This document shows, one piece after another, positions 1 to 10,408 of a stretch of DNA of 64,000 nt (positions are counted from its first letter, which is position 1; every line of letters starts with the position of its first letter). Below the pieces are notes generated by a model. It was not told the DNA's origin and searched no databases. It was given only the letters and a program-made list of their open reading frames with translations. Both the position numbers and the translations under genes were made by a program. The stretch is from the IMG/VR virus record IMGVR_UViG_3300020045_002401, positions 1-64,000 of that record, one strand, 5' to 3'. Source of the DNA: a virus. Taxonomy: Duplodnaviria > Caudoviricetes.

Positions 1-76
1 CTAACACGGTCTAATATATATCTAATTGTAAGTTTATCTACAATACCGAGATTAGTTATTTTCATAGAGTCAAAGT

Positions 77-113
77 AAAAAAAAATCCTATACAAATTAA
101 TGCATAGGATTTT
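77..113 (-). terminator. Rho-independent terminator downstream of SSB-like gene
   Basis: On the minus strand AAAATCCTATGCA-ttaatt-TGTATAGGATTTT is followed by a long T run, about 20 nt after the stop at 135. Confidence 0.8.
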
Positions 114-134
114 ATATATAATTAGTTAGTTAGA

Positions 135-917
135 TTACTCTGGAAATACCATATCTCCAGCCGCACCCATATCCATACCAGTACCGAATACGCCAGCACC
201 ACCAAATCCTTGGTCTCTAGCACCTCCAGTAGCTGGTTTAGCATCAGCTTTGTTTACAATGGTATCTTTTTTGTTAATACCTAATTCACAAACTGTTTGA
301 ATAGTACCTTCTTTTCCTTTAGCATAGGCTCTTTGAACAAAATTAGGAAACATAGGTGGAGCAAGTCTACCATTAAAGTAAACAAGTTTAAGATAAACAG
401 GTACTTGAGTATAAGCTTTAACTTTAACTACTTTAGTAGCTTCTGCACCTTTAGCAGGGTTTTCTACTTTAATAGTTTTATCGTTAGTAACTTTATTGAA
501 AGCATTAGCTACATTTTTAAATAATTCTTCAAAACTTGTACCAGCAAAATCAGCTTCTTCAAATTTATCAGCACCAATTATTTCTTCAAATACATGTTTA
601 ATACTTTTTTGCATACCTTCTAGTCTAACATCAAAGCTATCACTTTCAGGGTCAAGAGGAAAATATTTATCAGTAATTTTCTTTTCCGAATTAACAGTAT
701 CTTTATAAACAAAATTAAGTACAGGAGAAAAACTTTCTTCTTGTGTTTGTTTATCTACCATTTTTTGAGCAGGGTCAAATTCAACTTTTTCCAATAAGGC
801 AATTGGGAATTTATGAGATTTGAAATGTTGTGTAGGTTTATCAATTGCAATAGGTGGGTCAATTGGAATACCAGCTTTAGCAACTAAGTCTTTTTTAATA
901 CCTAAATTTAATGACAT
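135..917 (-). CDS. ssb: Putative single-stranded DNA-binding protein (crAss-like SSB)
   Basis: 260 aa; Gly-rich flexible C-terminal tail ending in acidic/aromatic residues (GDMVFPE); sits in the replication/recombination cluster. Family assignment from recollection, not a search. Confidence 0.55.
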   Translation of the reverse strand: MSLNLGIKKDLVAKAGIPIDPPIAIDKPTQHFKSHKFPIALLEKVEFDPAQKMVDKQTQEESFSPVLNFVYKDTVNSEKKITDKYFPLDPESDSFDVRLEGMQKSIKHVFEEIIGADKFEEADFAGTSFEELFKNVANAFNKVTNDKTIKVENPAKGAEATKVVKVKAYTQVPVYLKLVYFNGRLAPPMFPNFVQRAYAKGKEGTIQTVCELGINKKDTIVNKADAKPATGGARDQGFGGAGVFGTGMDMGAAGDMVFPE

Positions 918-973
918 AATAATTTACTTTTTTTAATTAATAATAAAGGGTTAAATAGGGAATAATTATAAAC

Positions 974-1005
974 ACAAAAAATAGGGATAATTACTTATCC
1001 CTATT
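974..1005 (-). terminator. Rho-independent terminator
   Basis: Perfect 11-bp stem AATAGGGATAA-ttac-TTATCCCTATT (980-1005) with a T run on the minus strand, just after the stop at 1028. Confidence 0.8.
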
Positions 1006-1027
1006 CTTTATTTAATTGATTTGAAGA

Positions 1028-1645
1028 TTATACTTCTTCTTCCTCAAATTCTTCTTCTTGAAGAGAAGCAGCAATATCAGCATCATCAGCGATAACAGCA
1101 CCTTCTACAGTTTCTCCGTCAGCTTTTGGTTTGCGGCTATTTACTGCACGAGTTTTTTCTACTGTAATTTGGAAAACTTCTCCATTTTTAAATTCACCAT
1201 TAGGTAGTGGGTAATCCATTACTCCAATAGATTCAATGTTTAATACTAATTCATGTTCTGTAGAACCACCTAACATTTTCCAAGTAGCAGAAGATGTAAA
1301 TGATAATACTTTAGAACCTTCAGCAGTAGTTCTAACAATAGCCCCACTCATAGGGTCTTCTTCTGAAAACAAAGTAGTGTTACGAGAACCAGTTTGTGGT
1401 GTACCGTCTTCGTTTCTAAGAATAGTACCATTATGACCTTTAGCTAAGAAAGCTTCTACTTCTTGAGTCTCTTCATTAACATCAGAGAAAATTGAGATAG
1501 CATCATAATCTTTAATATCTAATATAGCAGCTACTTTTGGTGGTACTCTAAAACCTCCTACAATTGAAGTAGCAATAAGGTTAGTAGAAAATTCGTCTTT
1601 TTGAGTTCTTGTGTTAACTAACGGCTTGAAATTAAAATTTCTCAT
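1028..1645 (-). CDS. Hypothetical protein with strongly acidic C-terminal tail (possible ssDNA-binding or DNA-mimic protein)
   Basis: 205 aa ORF with phage-typical codon usage; ends EEEEFEEEEV-type acidic run. Confidence 0.7.
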   Translation of the reverse strand: MRNFNFKPLVNTRTQKDEFSTNLIATSIVGGFRVPPKVAAILDIKDYDAISIFSDVNEETQEVEAFLAKGHNGTILRNEDGTPQTGSRNTTLFSEEDPMSGAIVRTTAEGSKVLSFTSSATWKMLGGSTEHELVLNIESIGVMDYPLPNGEFKNGEVFQITVEKTRAVNSRKPKADGETVEGAVIADDADIAASLQEEEFEEEEV

Positions 1646-1718
1646 AATAATAAATAATTAATAATTAATAAATTGATTGTTTTTTGTTACAGTGGGTGGA
1701 GCTGTAACTTCTCCTTAT

Positions 1719-2633
1719 TTATACCTCTTCGTGTGAGGTGTCAATTATTGTTTCTTCTAGGTCTTCATTAATAGTGAAGTCTTTACCAAACTCCATAGCT
1801 AATTCATTAATACCATACATTCCTTGTACTATATCAGAAGCTATTTCTGATGAACCTAATGTAAAGGCTCTAGCTTTAAGTAAACTTCTAGTGTATTTCT
1901 TCCATACATCCTTTTCTGCAAGTCCGGCTTGTTCTCCTTCACTAAGTTTATATGAAATTGTAACTTTTTTAACCTTGATTTCATTAGTTATTGGCATTCT
2001 CATTGCTCTTTCAAAATAATAAGTAGTTTGTCTATCTATTATAATAGGAGAAACTTGAAAACCTTCAACTTTTGTAGAAGTAGTAGTACCCATAGGTACA
2101 AAACCTTTTTCAGTTTTAAGTCCATAAGCATATACAGGAACAAAATCTTCTTGTAATTCAAAATATACACCAGCATTAGTTAATAAAGCTTTATGTAAAT
2201 GAACTGACATTCCTGTTTTACCATTAATAGCAAATATATTATTAACAGATACTCCATAAGGTAAACCCAGTTCTTTACCTCTTATTAAGACTAAAATAAC
2301 ATCAGCTTCTCTTTTAAAACTAGATACACCACTTTTAACAACTTCTTTAGCGAAGTAGCGCATTTTCTCTAATTCTATAACCTCAACACTATTTAGAATT
2401 TTCTCTTCTTGGGCTATTAATGCAATAGATTTGGATTCAGTTGGTTTAGATTCTGTAGTAACATCGTTACTAGCATTATCCTCTTCCGTAAGAACTTCTG
2501 TAAATTCAGTATAATTTTCATTAGTAGTACTTAAAGTTTGTTCTCCTGAATCCTTATCTATGCCCCCTTTTTTATCCTCTAAATTACTGTCTTTAATTTC
2601 AGTATTTTTAAGAACTTCTTTATTATCTTTCAT
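1719..2633 (-). CDS. recT: RecT/Redbeta-like single-strand annealing protein
   Basis: GKELGLPYG...IFAINGK and WKKYTRSLLKARA...DIVQGMY..NEL resemble RecT-family motifs; N-terminal ~70 aa is acidic low-complexity sequence. Confidence 0.75.
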   Translation of the reverse strand: MKDNKEVLKNTEIKDSNLEDKKGGIDKDSGEQTLSTTNENYTEFTEVLTEEDNASNDVTTESKPTESKSIALIAQEEKILNSVEVIELEKMRYFAKEVVKSGVSSFKREADVILVLIRGKELGLPYGVSVNNIFAINGKTGMSVHLHKALLTNAGVYFELQEDFVPVYAYGLKTEKGFVPMGTTTSTKVEGFQVSPIIIDRQTTYYFERAMRMPITNEIKVKKVTISYKLSEGEQAGLAEKDVWKKYTRSLLKARAFTLGSSEIASDIVQGMYGINELAMEFGKDFTINEDLEETIIDTSHEEV

Positions 2634-2707
2634 AATAACAGCTTTTGTATTAATGTGTGATTACCTTTTTGTTATAAAGTATTGCCCGTTCATATATTAA
2701 CACAGTA

Positions 2708-2739
2708 CAAATATATAAAACTTTAGCATTACTTCCAAA
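2708..2739 (-). promoter_or_regulatory. Bacteroidota-type sigma70 promoter (-33 TTTG / -7 TAnnTTTG)
   Basis: Minus strand reads TTTG-20 nt-TATATTTG, about 75 nt upstream of the recT start. Confidence 0.7.
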
Positions 2740-2792
2740 TCTTTAAGCATATTTCTTTTAATATTAGATTTATTTATACATTCAATAGTAAA

Positions 2793-3893
2793 CTATTCTG
2801 TTGTTTTAAGTTCAGATTGAGATATATTAATTAATTTTCCTTTTGTGAGTTCATTACGAAACCACAGTTGCCCGATATTTAATCCTCGATTCTTTAATAT
2901 ACTTACATTCAAAATATCCCAAATAACGTACCGTTTTGACGTATAAAGCTTTATTCCAATAAGTTCTGGAATTAAAGTTGTCATTACTGTATCACACGCA
3001 TTATATATTTGAGCTTGTGCATATATATCAGATTTCATAGGATAATGAAGAGCCGAGTTTTTAATTCTTTCCATACTTTCAATATTACCATTAAATTGAC
3101 CTACAAGTATTACTAACATACCCATCTTTTTTAATCTAATAGATAATTTCCCTAATGATGACATCATAGATAATACATCTTCTTTCCCCATAGCATCCAA
3201 TAATAAAGAGTGGTCTAAAGCTACTATAAATTTAGGTCTATGTTGTACGCCCTTACTATCAATATAATTATCATCTAATCCATATCTGTTTTTATAATCA
3301 ATAATAACAGCTTGAATACAGGCAAATAATTGAGGAACAGTACATGGGTCTTCAAAATAGTAATAATTAGGATTATCTTCTTCTTTATACTTATTTTTCA
3401 GTTTTTCTACAATACTATCATCAACTTCATTATACTTACCAGTACTGTCATTAAATTCTACTCCAAGTAAATGAGAATAACTTACCCCTAATTCACTTGA
3501 GGCTTCTCTTAATATTTCATCAGCAGGTAACATTTCAAAACAAAAATGAATAGTAATAACAGTAAAAGGTTGAGAATTAGTATTTGAAACTCCTAAATTA
3601 TTATTAATAGCAGGGTTATTAAAATCCATAAGTAAATCATTTAATAATTTAGATTTACCATGTCCAGATGGTCCAGCAATAAGAACAATTTTAGCAAATG
3701 AAAAGCCTTTACCCATAGCTATATTAAGATATGGATACCGAGTTAACATAGTAGTTTTTATTTTTGATTTACCTCGTACAATAACTTTTAAAGCTTCATT
3801 TTTAGCTTCTAATCGTTTCTTAAATTTAGGTATATATTTTTCTGCCATATTAACCAAATGATTTATCTTGTTTAGCTTCGTGAGTATCATCAA
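2793..3893 (-). CDS. dnaB: DnaB-like (SF4) replicative helicase
   Basis: Walker A GPSGHGKS, Walker B-like IVALDH, GQFN motif, C-terminal KNRG arginine-finger motif. Confidence 0.85.
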   Translation of the reverse strand: MMILTKLNKINHLVNMAEKYIPKFKKRLEAKNEALKVIVRGKSKIKTTMLTRYPYLNIAMGKGFSFAKIVLIAGPSGHGKSKLLNDLLMDFNNPAINNNLGVSNTNSQPFTVITIHFCFEMLPADEILREASSELGVSYSHLLGVEFNDSTGKYNEVDDSIVEKLKNKYKEEDNPNYYYFEDPCTVPQLFACIQAVIIDYKNRYGLDDNYIDSKGVQHRPKFIVALDHSLLLDAMGKEDVLSMMSSLGKLSIRLKKMGMLVILVGQFNGNIESMERIKNSALHYPMKSDIYAQAQIYNACDTVMTTLIPELIGIKLYTSKRYVIWDILNVSILKNRGLNIGQLWFRNELTKGKLINISQSELKTTE

Positions 3894-4404
3894 TAACAGT
3901 TTTTCGTTTTTTACGAATAGCTATCCAATATTTACTTTGCACAAACTTTAATATACTTAAATTAAGCATATTATTAGTTTTAGCATATTTAATATCTTTA
4001 AGAACTTCTTCATGTTCTTCAATACTATTCATAATAGCTTCATCATATAAATGAGCAACTTGAATTAAATCAACGGCAGTTAAAGGAACAATTGTACCAT
4101 TTATTTCAGTAGTACCAGGATATATAGCAAAAAGTTCTTCTGCTATCATAATTTTATCACAAAATATAGTTTTAAATGCTACACTAACTTGTAAATTTTC
4201 TCCTGTTTTTTCTAACCACCCTCTATTAATTAAATCATCTACCCAAATTTTACCTATCATTGTACCATCATCAGCAGGAAAAGTTTGTCTATACTTTAGG
4301 ATTAAATCCATTCTCTTTTTATATGCTAAATATAACAATAGAAATTGTCCTTGTGTTAGCTTATTTTCGCAAATAAAATTTACGTATCTTTCTTCTAATA
4401 ACAT
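3850..4404 (-). CDS. Conserved replication-module protein (possible winged-helix initiator or helicase loader)
   Basis: 184 aa, translationally coupled between SF2 helicase and DnaB; function inferred from position only. Confidence 0.5.
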   Translation of the reverse strand: MLLEERYVNFICENKLTQGQFLLLYLAYKKRMDLILKYRQTFPADDGTMIGKIWVDDLINRGWLEKTGENLQVSVAFKTIFCDKIMIAEELFAIYPGTTEINGTIVPLTAVDLIQVAHLYDEAIMNSIEEHEEVLKDIKYAKTNNMLNLSILKFVQSKYWIAIRKKRKTVIDDTHEAKQDKSFG

Positions 4405-5808
4405 CTATATATCATTTATATTAAAATAATTAGGTTGAGGTCTATAAGATATATCCTCAATGTTATCTACATAAACAGGAACAGTATTATTCTCTTCTTG
4501 TCTTTTACGTAGCCATACCTCATCTTGTGTATTTTTAATATATAGATTAACATTTAAAACAGGGTCATCACTTGTATCTTCTTTTCTACCGATACGAGCT
4601 TTTCTTTGTGTTTCTTGGTCAATACTAGATGTACCAGATGCAATTATGGAAAATCTTAAATCAGGAATATTAAGTCCTTTATCTAAGGATTTAGTTGTAG
4701 AAAGTACGTCTATAGTACCATTAATAAGTCCGTCTATAGCTTCACGTTTTAATCTTACTGCCCCAAATTTAATAAGTTTACCTGTTTTACCAGGTTTCAT
4801 TACAAATTTAAGTTTAGAATGAAATACAGCATTAGCTATTTTAGCTTCTGTTAATAATACTCCTACTTTATCAGCAAATTTAGTTGATTCACTAAATACA
4901 ATTGTTTTAGTTTTAGGAAACTTTTTGATTAACTTAATAGTAGTACGTTGTTTAACTTCAGCATCAGCTAATAATTTTTTTCTACGGTTTACTATTTGTA
5001 ATAATAAATTAGCATTACTAATAAAAGAAGATGGATTAAATTTTCTATCTATCTCTTTATGTTCAGGAATGTTTAAATCTAATTTATTACTCCAACCTTT
5101 TTGTACTGCTAAAGCCATAGCCCATTGTCCACTTTGATATTTTATTCCATCTCTAGGATTAATACCGCCATAACATATATACTCAGCTTTTTTAAGATTA
5201 TTATCAAATAGTGGCATTAGTTGATTAATAAGAGTACTATAATTTTCATAAACAGTTTGCTCTTTTGTATCTAAATCTAAACCTAAATTGTATTCAATCA
5301 TTTCAGCAATAAAACCTTTTGATTTGGCTTCATATTCAGATAAAGTATCAAATATTGTAAAATATTTAAGAACATTTCTAAAATTAATATGATTTGTTGT
5401 ACCTGTTAAACCTAAGAAAGCTTTATGTTGTATAATAGATTTATCTAATAAACATTGAGCATTTTCTGTGGTATATTCGTGTATCTCATCAATAATAAAA
5501 AGGCCTACATCACGATAAAAAATATTTTCATTTATTAATTGCTGTTTAGTTTTAACTAAAATTCTTTGTTTAAGATGAATTGGAAAAGATTCTATTAATT
5601 TAATCCATTGTTTATATATAATATCGTTTGGAACAGATATAATATAAGTGGATTTAATTATCTTTTCAAATCTTTCTATAGCAAGCATAGCTAAAAAAGT
5701 TTTACCTGTACCCGGATAATGGTCAGCAATACCACTATACCCATTTAAAGCCCATTTATCTAAAGCTTCTTGTTGTCTTTCTAGTCTTTTAGGGTCAATT
5801 TGTATCAT
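4405..5808 (-). CDS. Superfamily 2 (DEAH/SNF2-like) helicase
   Basis: PGTGKT Walker A, IIDEIH motif II, GLTGT motif III, LDKGLNIPD motif V, QRKARIGR motif VI. Confidence 0.9.
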   Translation of the reverse strand: MIQIDPKRLERQQEALDKWALNGYSGIADHYPGTGKTFLAMLAIERFEKIIKSTYIISVPNDIIYKQWIKLIESFPIHLKQRILVKTKQQLINENIFYRDVGLFIIDEIHEYTTENAQCLLDKSIIQHKAFLGLTGTTNHINFRNVLKYFTIFDTLSEYEAKSKGFIAEMIEYNLGLDLDTKEQTVYENYSTLINQLMPLFDNNLKKAEYICYGGINPRDGIKYQSGQWAMALAVQKGWSNKLDLNIPEHKEIDRKFNPSSFISNANLLLQIVNRRKKLLADAEVKQRTTIKLIKKFPKTKTIVFSESTKFADKVGVLLTEAKIANAVFHSKLKFVMKPGKTGKLIKFGAVRLKREAIDGLINGTIDVLSTTKSLDKGLNIPDLRFSIIASGTSSIDQETQRKARIGRKEDTSDDPVLNVNLYIKNTQDEVWLRKRQEENNTVPVYVDNIEDISYRPQPNYFNINDI

Positions 5809-6388
5809 AATGGTCTAATTCGTTAATAGGATAAAAATCATTATCATATAAATATGCAATTACCGCCGTCTTATCTTCTAAAGCTACAAATTTAATATCC
5901 TTAATTTGTCTAGGTAACATTTGCTTATAAGCTTTTTCTGGGTTAAGACTTCTATACTTAAAATTAACAGTAACTTTATCTCCAATCATAAATCTAGTAC
6001 TAGAATGTTTAATAATATCATAATGATTAGGATATAAATTAGGTACTATATCAACAATATCAACTGTAGATTCAGATACATTAATAAAATCTTCAAAAGT
6101 TTCTAAATCACTTTCTTCAATTTTACTAGTAGAACTTAATATAACAAAAACTTTAGGATATAATTCTCTCTTTCTATAAGTTTTATAGTCTTTAAGAGTA
6201 GTAATTATTACTTTAGGTTTTACTACGCGTTTAGGTTTAATAATTACTTTTTTAACAGTAGCTTCTCCTTGTGCATTGGCACTTTCTAAACCTATGTCGG
6301 TTAAACTCTCTTCTATGGGCAAAGCTCTGCCTTTAGGAAAGGGTGTATTCGGGTTTATAAGAGATTTAAAATTCTTCTTTTGTTCCAT
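5795..6388 (-). CDS. Hypothetical protein
   Basis: 197 aa ORF tightly packed between polymerase and helicase genes. Confidence 0.65.
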   Translation of the reverse strand: MEQKKNFKSLINPNTPFPKGRALPIEESLTDIGLESANAQGEATVKKVIIKPKRVVKPKVIITTLKDYKTYRKRELYPKVFVILSSTSKIEESDLETFEDFINVSESTVDIVDIVPNLYPNHYDIIKHSSTRFMIGDKVTVNFKYRSLNPEKAYKQMLPRQIKDIKFVALEDKTAVIAYLYDNDFYPINELDHYDTN

Positions 6389-6395
6389 ATATTAA

Positions 6396-8717
6396 TTACT
6401 TTACCCAATGTTGGGCTGTCACATGGTCAGCTTTAATTGTTACGTTATGTAAATAACGGTTAGCAACAGTTACCATAATATCATTTTTGGCTTCTGCAAT
6501 ATCTTTATAAAATTCACCTTTTTTAAATTTATGAGGTAAAAGTTTAGGGTCTATATTAGGATTAAATTCTAATAGTAAATCATCACTAACTTTATCTACA
6601 ATTTCATCATGAATCCATAATAAAATTTTAGCTTTAAGTTTACGTTTACGATAGTAGGTTCCTAATACTACACTAGCTTCTTTAACAAAATCAGCTTGTG
6701 TACCTTGTATTCTAATGTTTCTAGCGGCCGATTCTTCTCCACTTATTTCTAAGAAATGAGTCTCTTTACTTATTTCTCCTTTAATTTGTTTAATAAGATT
6801 AGGAAACCAAGCTCTAGAATTAGTACGATAATTTAATATAACAAAACCTTGAGCAGCAGCAGCTGTACTAGCGGCTTTAACCATTCTAAATGTATCAGGC
6901 AATTCTTTCTCAATAGTTTGTATTACTATACTCCCTTCTTCTTTAGGAATATTAAGTGTGGCACCTGCTTTTTTTGGGTACATACCATAAATAGTACCAA
7001 ATGTCATACCTTTAAATGATTTTCTATATCCAGGAGGGTTTTCTTTAGTAACTATAAAGTTTTTCCCTAAATCTACTAATTTTTCCCATTCACTTTGTAA
7101 TGCTTCTTTAATACTACCAACAACTTTATTTAATTGTTTGTATATATTACCAGCCCTACGTTTGTAAATGTTTTTCCAACAGATAGTAGCCATATAGCTA
7201 TGCATATCTATTTTAGAAAGATTAATAAGTTTAAAATCTTGAGCATGAGAAGCCATTACAATTAATTCAGCACCTTCATAATCATCTGTACCTAATTTAA
7301 AACCGGGAGGAGCAATAAAACAACTTCTATATTTAATATCAGCAGGAACATTTTGTGATTGAAATTTATCAGGTTCTCTTTTACCTCCACCTGATTGCAT
7401 TCTACCTGTTTCAGCGTGACATTGTCTATAAATAGTATGCATTTTACCTGTAATAGGATTGATTTTATTAATATAGTTAAGACCGTAATTATTAATTTTA
7501 GTATTAACTTCACTAAATTTATCAAATAAAAGAATAAATTCTTTCATAATAGTATCAGGTTTATCTACTAAATATTTTTCAAAGCCTACAGTACTAACAG
7601 TATAATAATTTGAACCATTAACAATTTGTCCTTTATCAGTAATCATAGGGATACCATAACCACTTTCAATTGGTAAAGGTTGATTTAATCTACCAAATAT
7701 ACGAATTATTTCAGAAGGAGAATTATAATCAGGATTTAGATTACTATCTTCTTTATAATCTTTTTTATTGGTTAAAGCTTTAATAGTAGCAGGTTCACCA
7801 AATAAATCTAAAGTATTAGTGGTTTTATCACTATTAATTAGTATACTAGCTTGCGCAGGACGTCTAATTTCATTGTATTTTTTACCTCCTAATGTTAGTA
7901 ATGGCGATAAACCTTTATACAGTTGTTTAGATGCAACAATATCTCGTATCCTACGAAGTTCTGCATCCATAGCTAATTGTAATTCAAATTTCTTAGCTAT
8001 ATTTTCATTTAAAATTTCAGTCCATTTTTCAACATCAAAATCTATTCCCTCATTTTCACTATCAGCTAATATAGATATTAAAGGAAATTCAATACCATAA
8101 ATAAGAAATTCCATTTTGAACTGCTTAATTTTAGGACGTTGTACTTGTCTTATTTTAAGCGGGTCATTAAGGTCGTTAGCTAAATATTTAATATGATGGT
8201 ATTCAACATTAAATGTAGTAGGGTTTTTATCTACAAATTCTAACCTAGTATCTTTATCTCTATATTCTTTAAGATATCTTTTAACAAGTTCTCCTAAGTT
8301 ATTATATTGATAATACTTCATATATAGACGTTGCTCTGCAAGAATAACATCATATACACGAGTTAATAATAAATTATACTTAGCAAGTATAAACTTAATA
8401 TCAAATTTAAGATTAGCACCACATAATACAATTTTATGTTTAATAATATGTTCGTAAAGAAATGTAAGATTAACATCATGAGCAAATATAAATTTATTAG
8501 CCATAGTACCTATACCTGTTAACATAATCTCATTAACATAAGGGTCTAAACCAGTAGTTTCTAAGTCAAAAGATTGAAGTTTTACTCGTCCTATTACATT
8601 ATGGTACATTCTTTTACCATAAGCTTCATCTATAATAACCATATCTTCAAATTCTTTAATAGTATGATTAAGACGTTCTCTATAGTATTCTGGTTTATTA
8701 GTTACAAAATATATCAT
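6396..8717 (-). CDS. polA: Family A DNA polymerase with 3'-5' exonuclease
   Basis: ExoI FDLETTGLD, ExoIII YLANDL, HQCHAETGRMQSG-type motif, motif A DYEGAEL, motif B RKSFKGMTFGTIYG, motif C IHDEIV. Confidence 0.93.
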   Translation of the reverse strand: MIYFVTNKPEYYRERLNHTIKEFEDMVIIDEAYGKRMYHNVIGRVKLQSFDLETTGLDPYVNEIMLTGIGTMANKFIFAHDVNLTFLYEHIIKHKIVLCGANLKFDIKFILAKYNLLLTRVYDVILAEQRLYMKYYQYNNLGELVKRYLKEYRDKDTRLEFVDKNPTTFNVEYHHIKYLANDLNDPLKIRQVQRPKIKQFKMEFLIYGIEFPLISILADSENEGIDFDVEKWTEILNENIAKKFELQLAMDAELRRIRDIVASKQLYKGLSPLLTLGGKKYNEIRRPAQASILINSDKTTNTLDLFGEPATIKALTNKKDYKEDSNLNPDYNSPSEIIRIFGRLNQPLPIESGYGIPMITDKGQIVNGSNYYTVSTVGFEKYLVDKPDTIMKEFILLFDKFSEVNTKINNYGLNYINKINPITGKMHTIYRQCHAETGRMQSGGGKREPDKFQSQNVPADIKYRSCFIAPPGFKLGTDDYEGAELIVMASHAQDFKLINLSKIDMHSYMATICWKNIYKRRAGNIYKQLNKVVGSIKEALQSEWEKLVDLGKNFIVTKENPPGYRKSFKGMTFGTIYGMYPKKAGATLNIPKEEGSIVIQTIEKELPDTFRMVKAASTAAAAQGFVILNYRTNSRAWFPNLIKQIKGEISKETHFLEISGEESAARNIRIQGTQADFVKEASVVLGTYYRKRKLKAKILLWIHDEIVDKVSDDLLLEFNPNIDPKLLPHKFKKGEFYKDIAEAKNDIMVTVANRYLHNVTIKADHVTAQHWVK

Positions 8718-8726
8718 AAGTGTAAG

Positions 8727-9038
8727 TTAAAATGGTTGTCCTTCAACAGGGTAAATATGTTTTTCTAATTTATATAGAATATTAGTAACAGTTTTCATTC
8801 TAAGAGTTTGATGATTATCATCAGGGTAATCAAAGTGAAGATTACATAAAGCTTCTAAGAAAATAACTTGTCTATATTCTATATATTCTATAATTTTACT
8901 CATAAGGTAATCAAGAGGTACAGGACTATATAGTTGTTCAAATTTAACAGCTTTATCTTTAGTATGAAAAATTTCAAGTCCTATATAAGTATTAGGGTAT
9001 TTAACTTTAATGTTAGCAATATAGTCTTTTGCAGTCAT
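8727..9038 (-). CDS. Hypothetical protein
   Basis: 103 aa ORF in operon spacing. Confidence 0.65.
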   Translation of the reverse strand: MTAKDYIANIKVKYPNTYIGLEIFHTKDKAVKFEQLYSPVPLDYLMSKIIEYIEYRQVIFLEALCNLHFDYPDDNHQTLRMKTVTNILYKLEKHIYPVEGQPF

Positions 9039-9040
9039 AA

Positions 9041-10408
9041 CTAATTATCATAAAATAATAAAGTTTTACTTGTACGAGAAGCTGCAACATATAATAAACT
9101 ACGTCTAGTAAAAGGATGAAAACACTTTTTAAAAGAAGGTATATAAATACCTACATTATTATATGTAGAACCTTGACTTTTATGAGTAGTTTGACAATAA
9201 CCATAATCAAAGTCTTTTTTACATACTTTATCATTATAGTTATTAAATACTTCATAATTAACAAGAAGTTTGTTTTTAAATTCATAAAAAGGTTTCCAAC
9301 TTCTAAATTGTACACCATTAGTATGACGTTGTACAAGTTCTATTTCAAAATCTATTTTACTATCAGGATGTAACATAGTTAAAATTTGACTATTACCTAC
9401 AACAGTACATTCGTAAACTTTGTAATATTGTTTTAATACTTTAATTTCTTTAATTTGTACATCTTTAATAATATAATCTTCTGAATTTCTAATATGACTA
9501 GAATAATAAGGAGGAACATCTGTTTCCTCTCCTACTGTATTATAACCTTTAATTATATCCCCTGGAGCTATAAGTTCAACAGAAGGATTAAGTCTTTTTC
9601 TTAAAAACCCGTTTACAGCTGTAACTGTAGTATTATCAAAAGCTAATAATTTAGTATCATAAGGGTCTTGATGTGCTTCTTCACTCTTATAATGTTTAAG
9701 AATTTCTTCTATATATGCCGGACCTTTACGTAATAAATAACCTTCTCCTAATTCATTAAAAGTATCTTGTATTTTTAATACTTTTGGTAAAAAGAAATCA
9801 GTACCATTAATTACATCTTGGGTAGCAGTATAGATTAATTCATTAACAGGATTACTATCAGCTTGTCTAACAATTTCTGTTAAAGCAACTTGAGGATAAT
9901 CTGTAAAAGTCGGACTTATTTTAAAGTCGGTTTTATTCTTCTCTACGGGCGGGAGTTGATATTTATCTCCTATGAATAATATCTTTACTTTGTATTCTTT
10001 AGAAAGCTTTTTAATTAAGTTATTAATATAACCTCCAATCATAGAACATTCATCTATTATAACTACGTTATATTTTGATATTCGTTCTTGACCTTGGGGC
10101 ATAAACATAACATTAGTTGGGTCAAAGTCTTCCATATTAGTATTAGGTCGTAAACCTAATAAGGCTTGAATTGTTTCACCTGGATAACCTGTCATTCTAT
10201 TAATAACAGTTTTTGCTTGGTGAGTTGGAGCAGAAACAGCAATTTGTCTTAAATTACTCTTTCTAATAATTTCTTTAACTGTTGTACTTTTACCACTACC
10301 AGCAGGACCAGTAAGAGTAATAATATCATTAGTTTCAAATTTATAAGGAGTATTAAGAAAATTTCCTACTACTTCAATGGCATTTAGTTGTCCACTAGTG
10401 AGAATCAT
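9041..10408 (-). CDS. RecD/Dda-like SF1B helicase
   Basis: GPAGSGKS, SAPTHQA, IIDECSM, GDKYQLPPV, THKSQGSTY, LYVAASR. Confidence 0.92.
   Translation of the reverse strand: MILTSGQLNAIEVVGNFLNTPYKFETNDIITLTGPAGSGKSTTVKEIIRKSNLRQIAVSAPTHQAKTVINRMTGYPGETIQALLGLRPNTNMEDFDPTNVMFMPQGQERISKYNVVIIDECSMIGGYINNLIKKLSKEYKVKILFIGDKYQLPPVEKNKTDFKISPTFTDYPQVALTEIVRQADSNPVNELIYTATQDVINGTDFFLPKVLKIQDTFNELGEGYLLRKGPAYIEEILKHYKSEEAHQDPYDTKLLAFDNTTVTAVNGFLRKRLNPSVELIAPGDIIKGYNTVGEETDVPPYYSSHIRNSEDYIIKDVQIKEIKVLKQYYKVYECTVVGNSQILTMLHPDSKIDFEIELVQRHTNGVQFRSWKPFYEFKNKLLVNYEVFNNYNDKVCKKDFDYGYCQTTHKSQGSTYNNVGIYIPSFKKCFHPFTRRSLLYVAASRTSKTLLFYDN

Noticed and set aside
1686-1708. GTTACAG-tgggtggag-CTGTAAC hairpin after recT
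   Set aside because: No T tract on the coding strand, so not called a terminator; function cannot be supported
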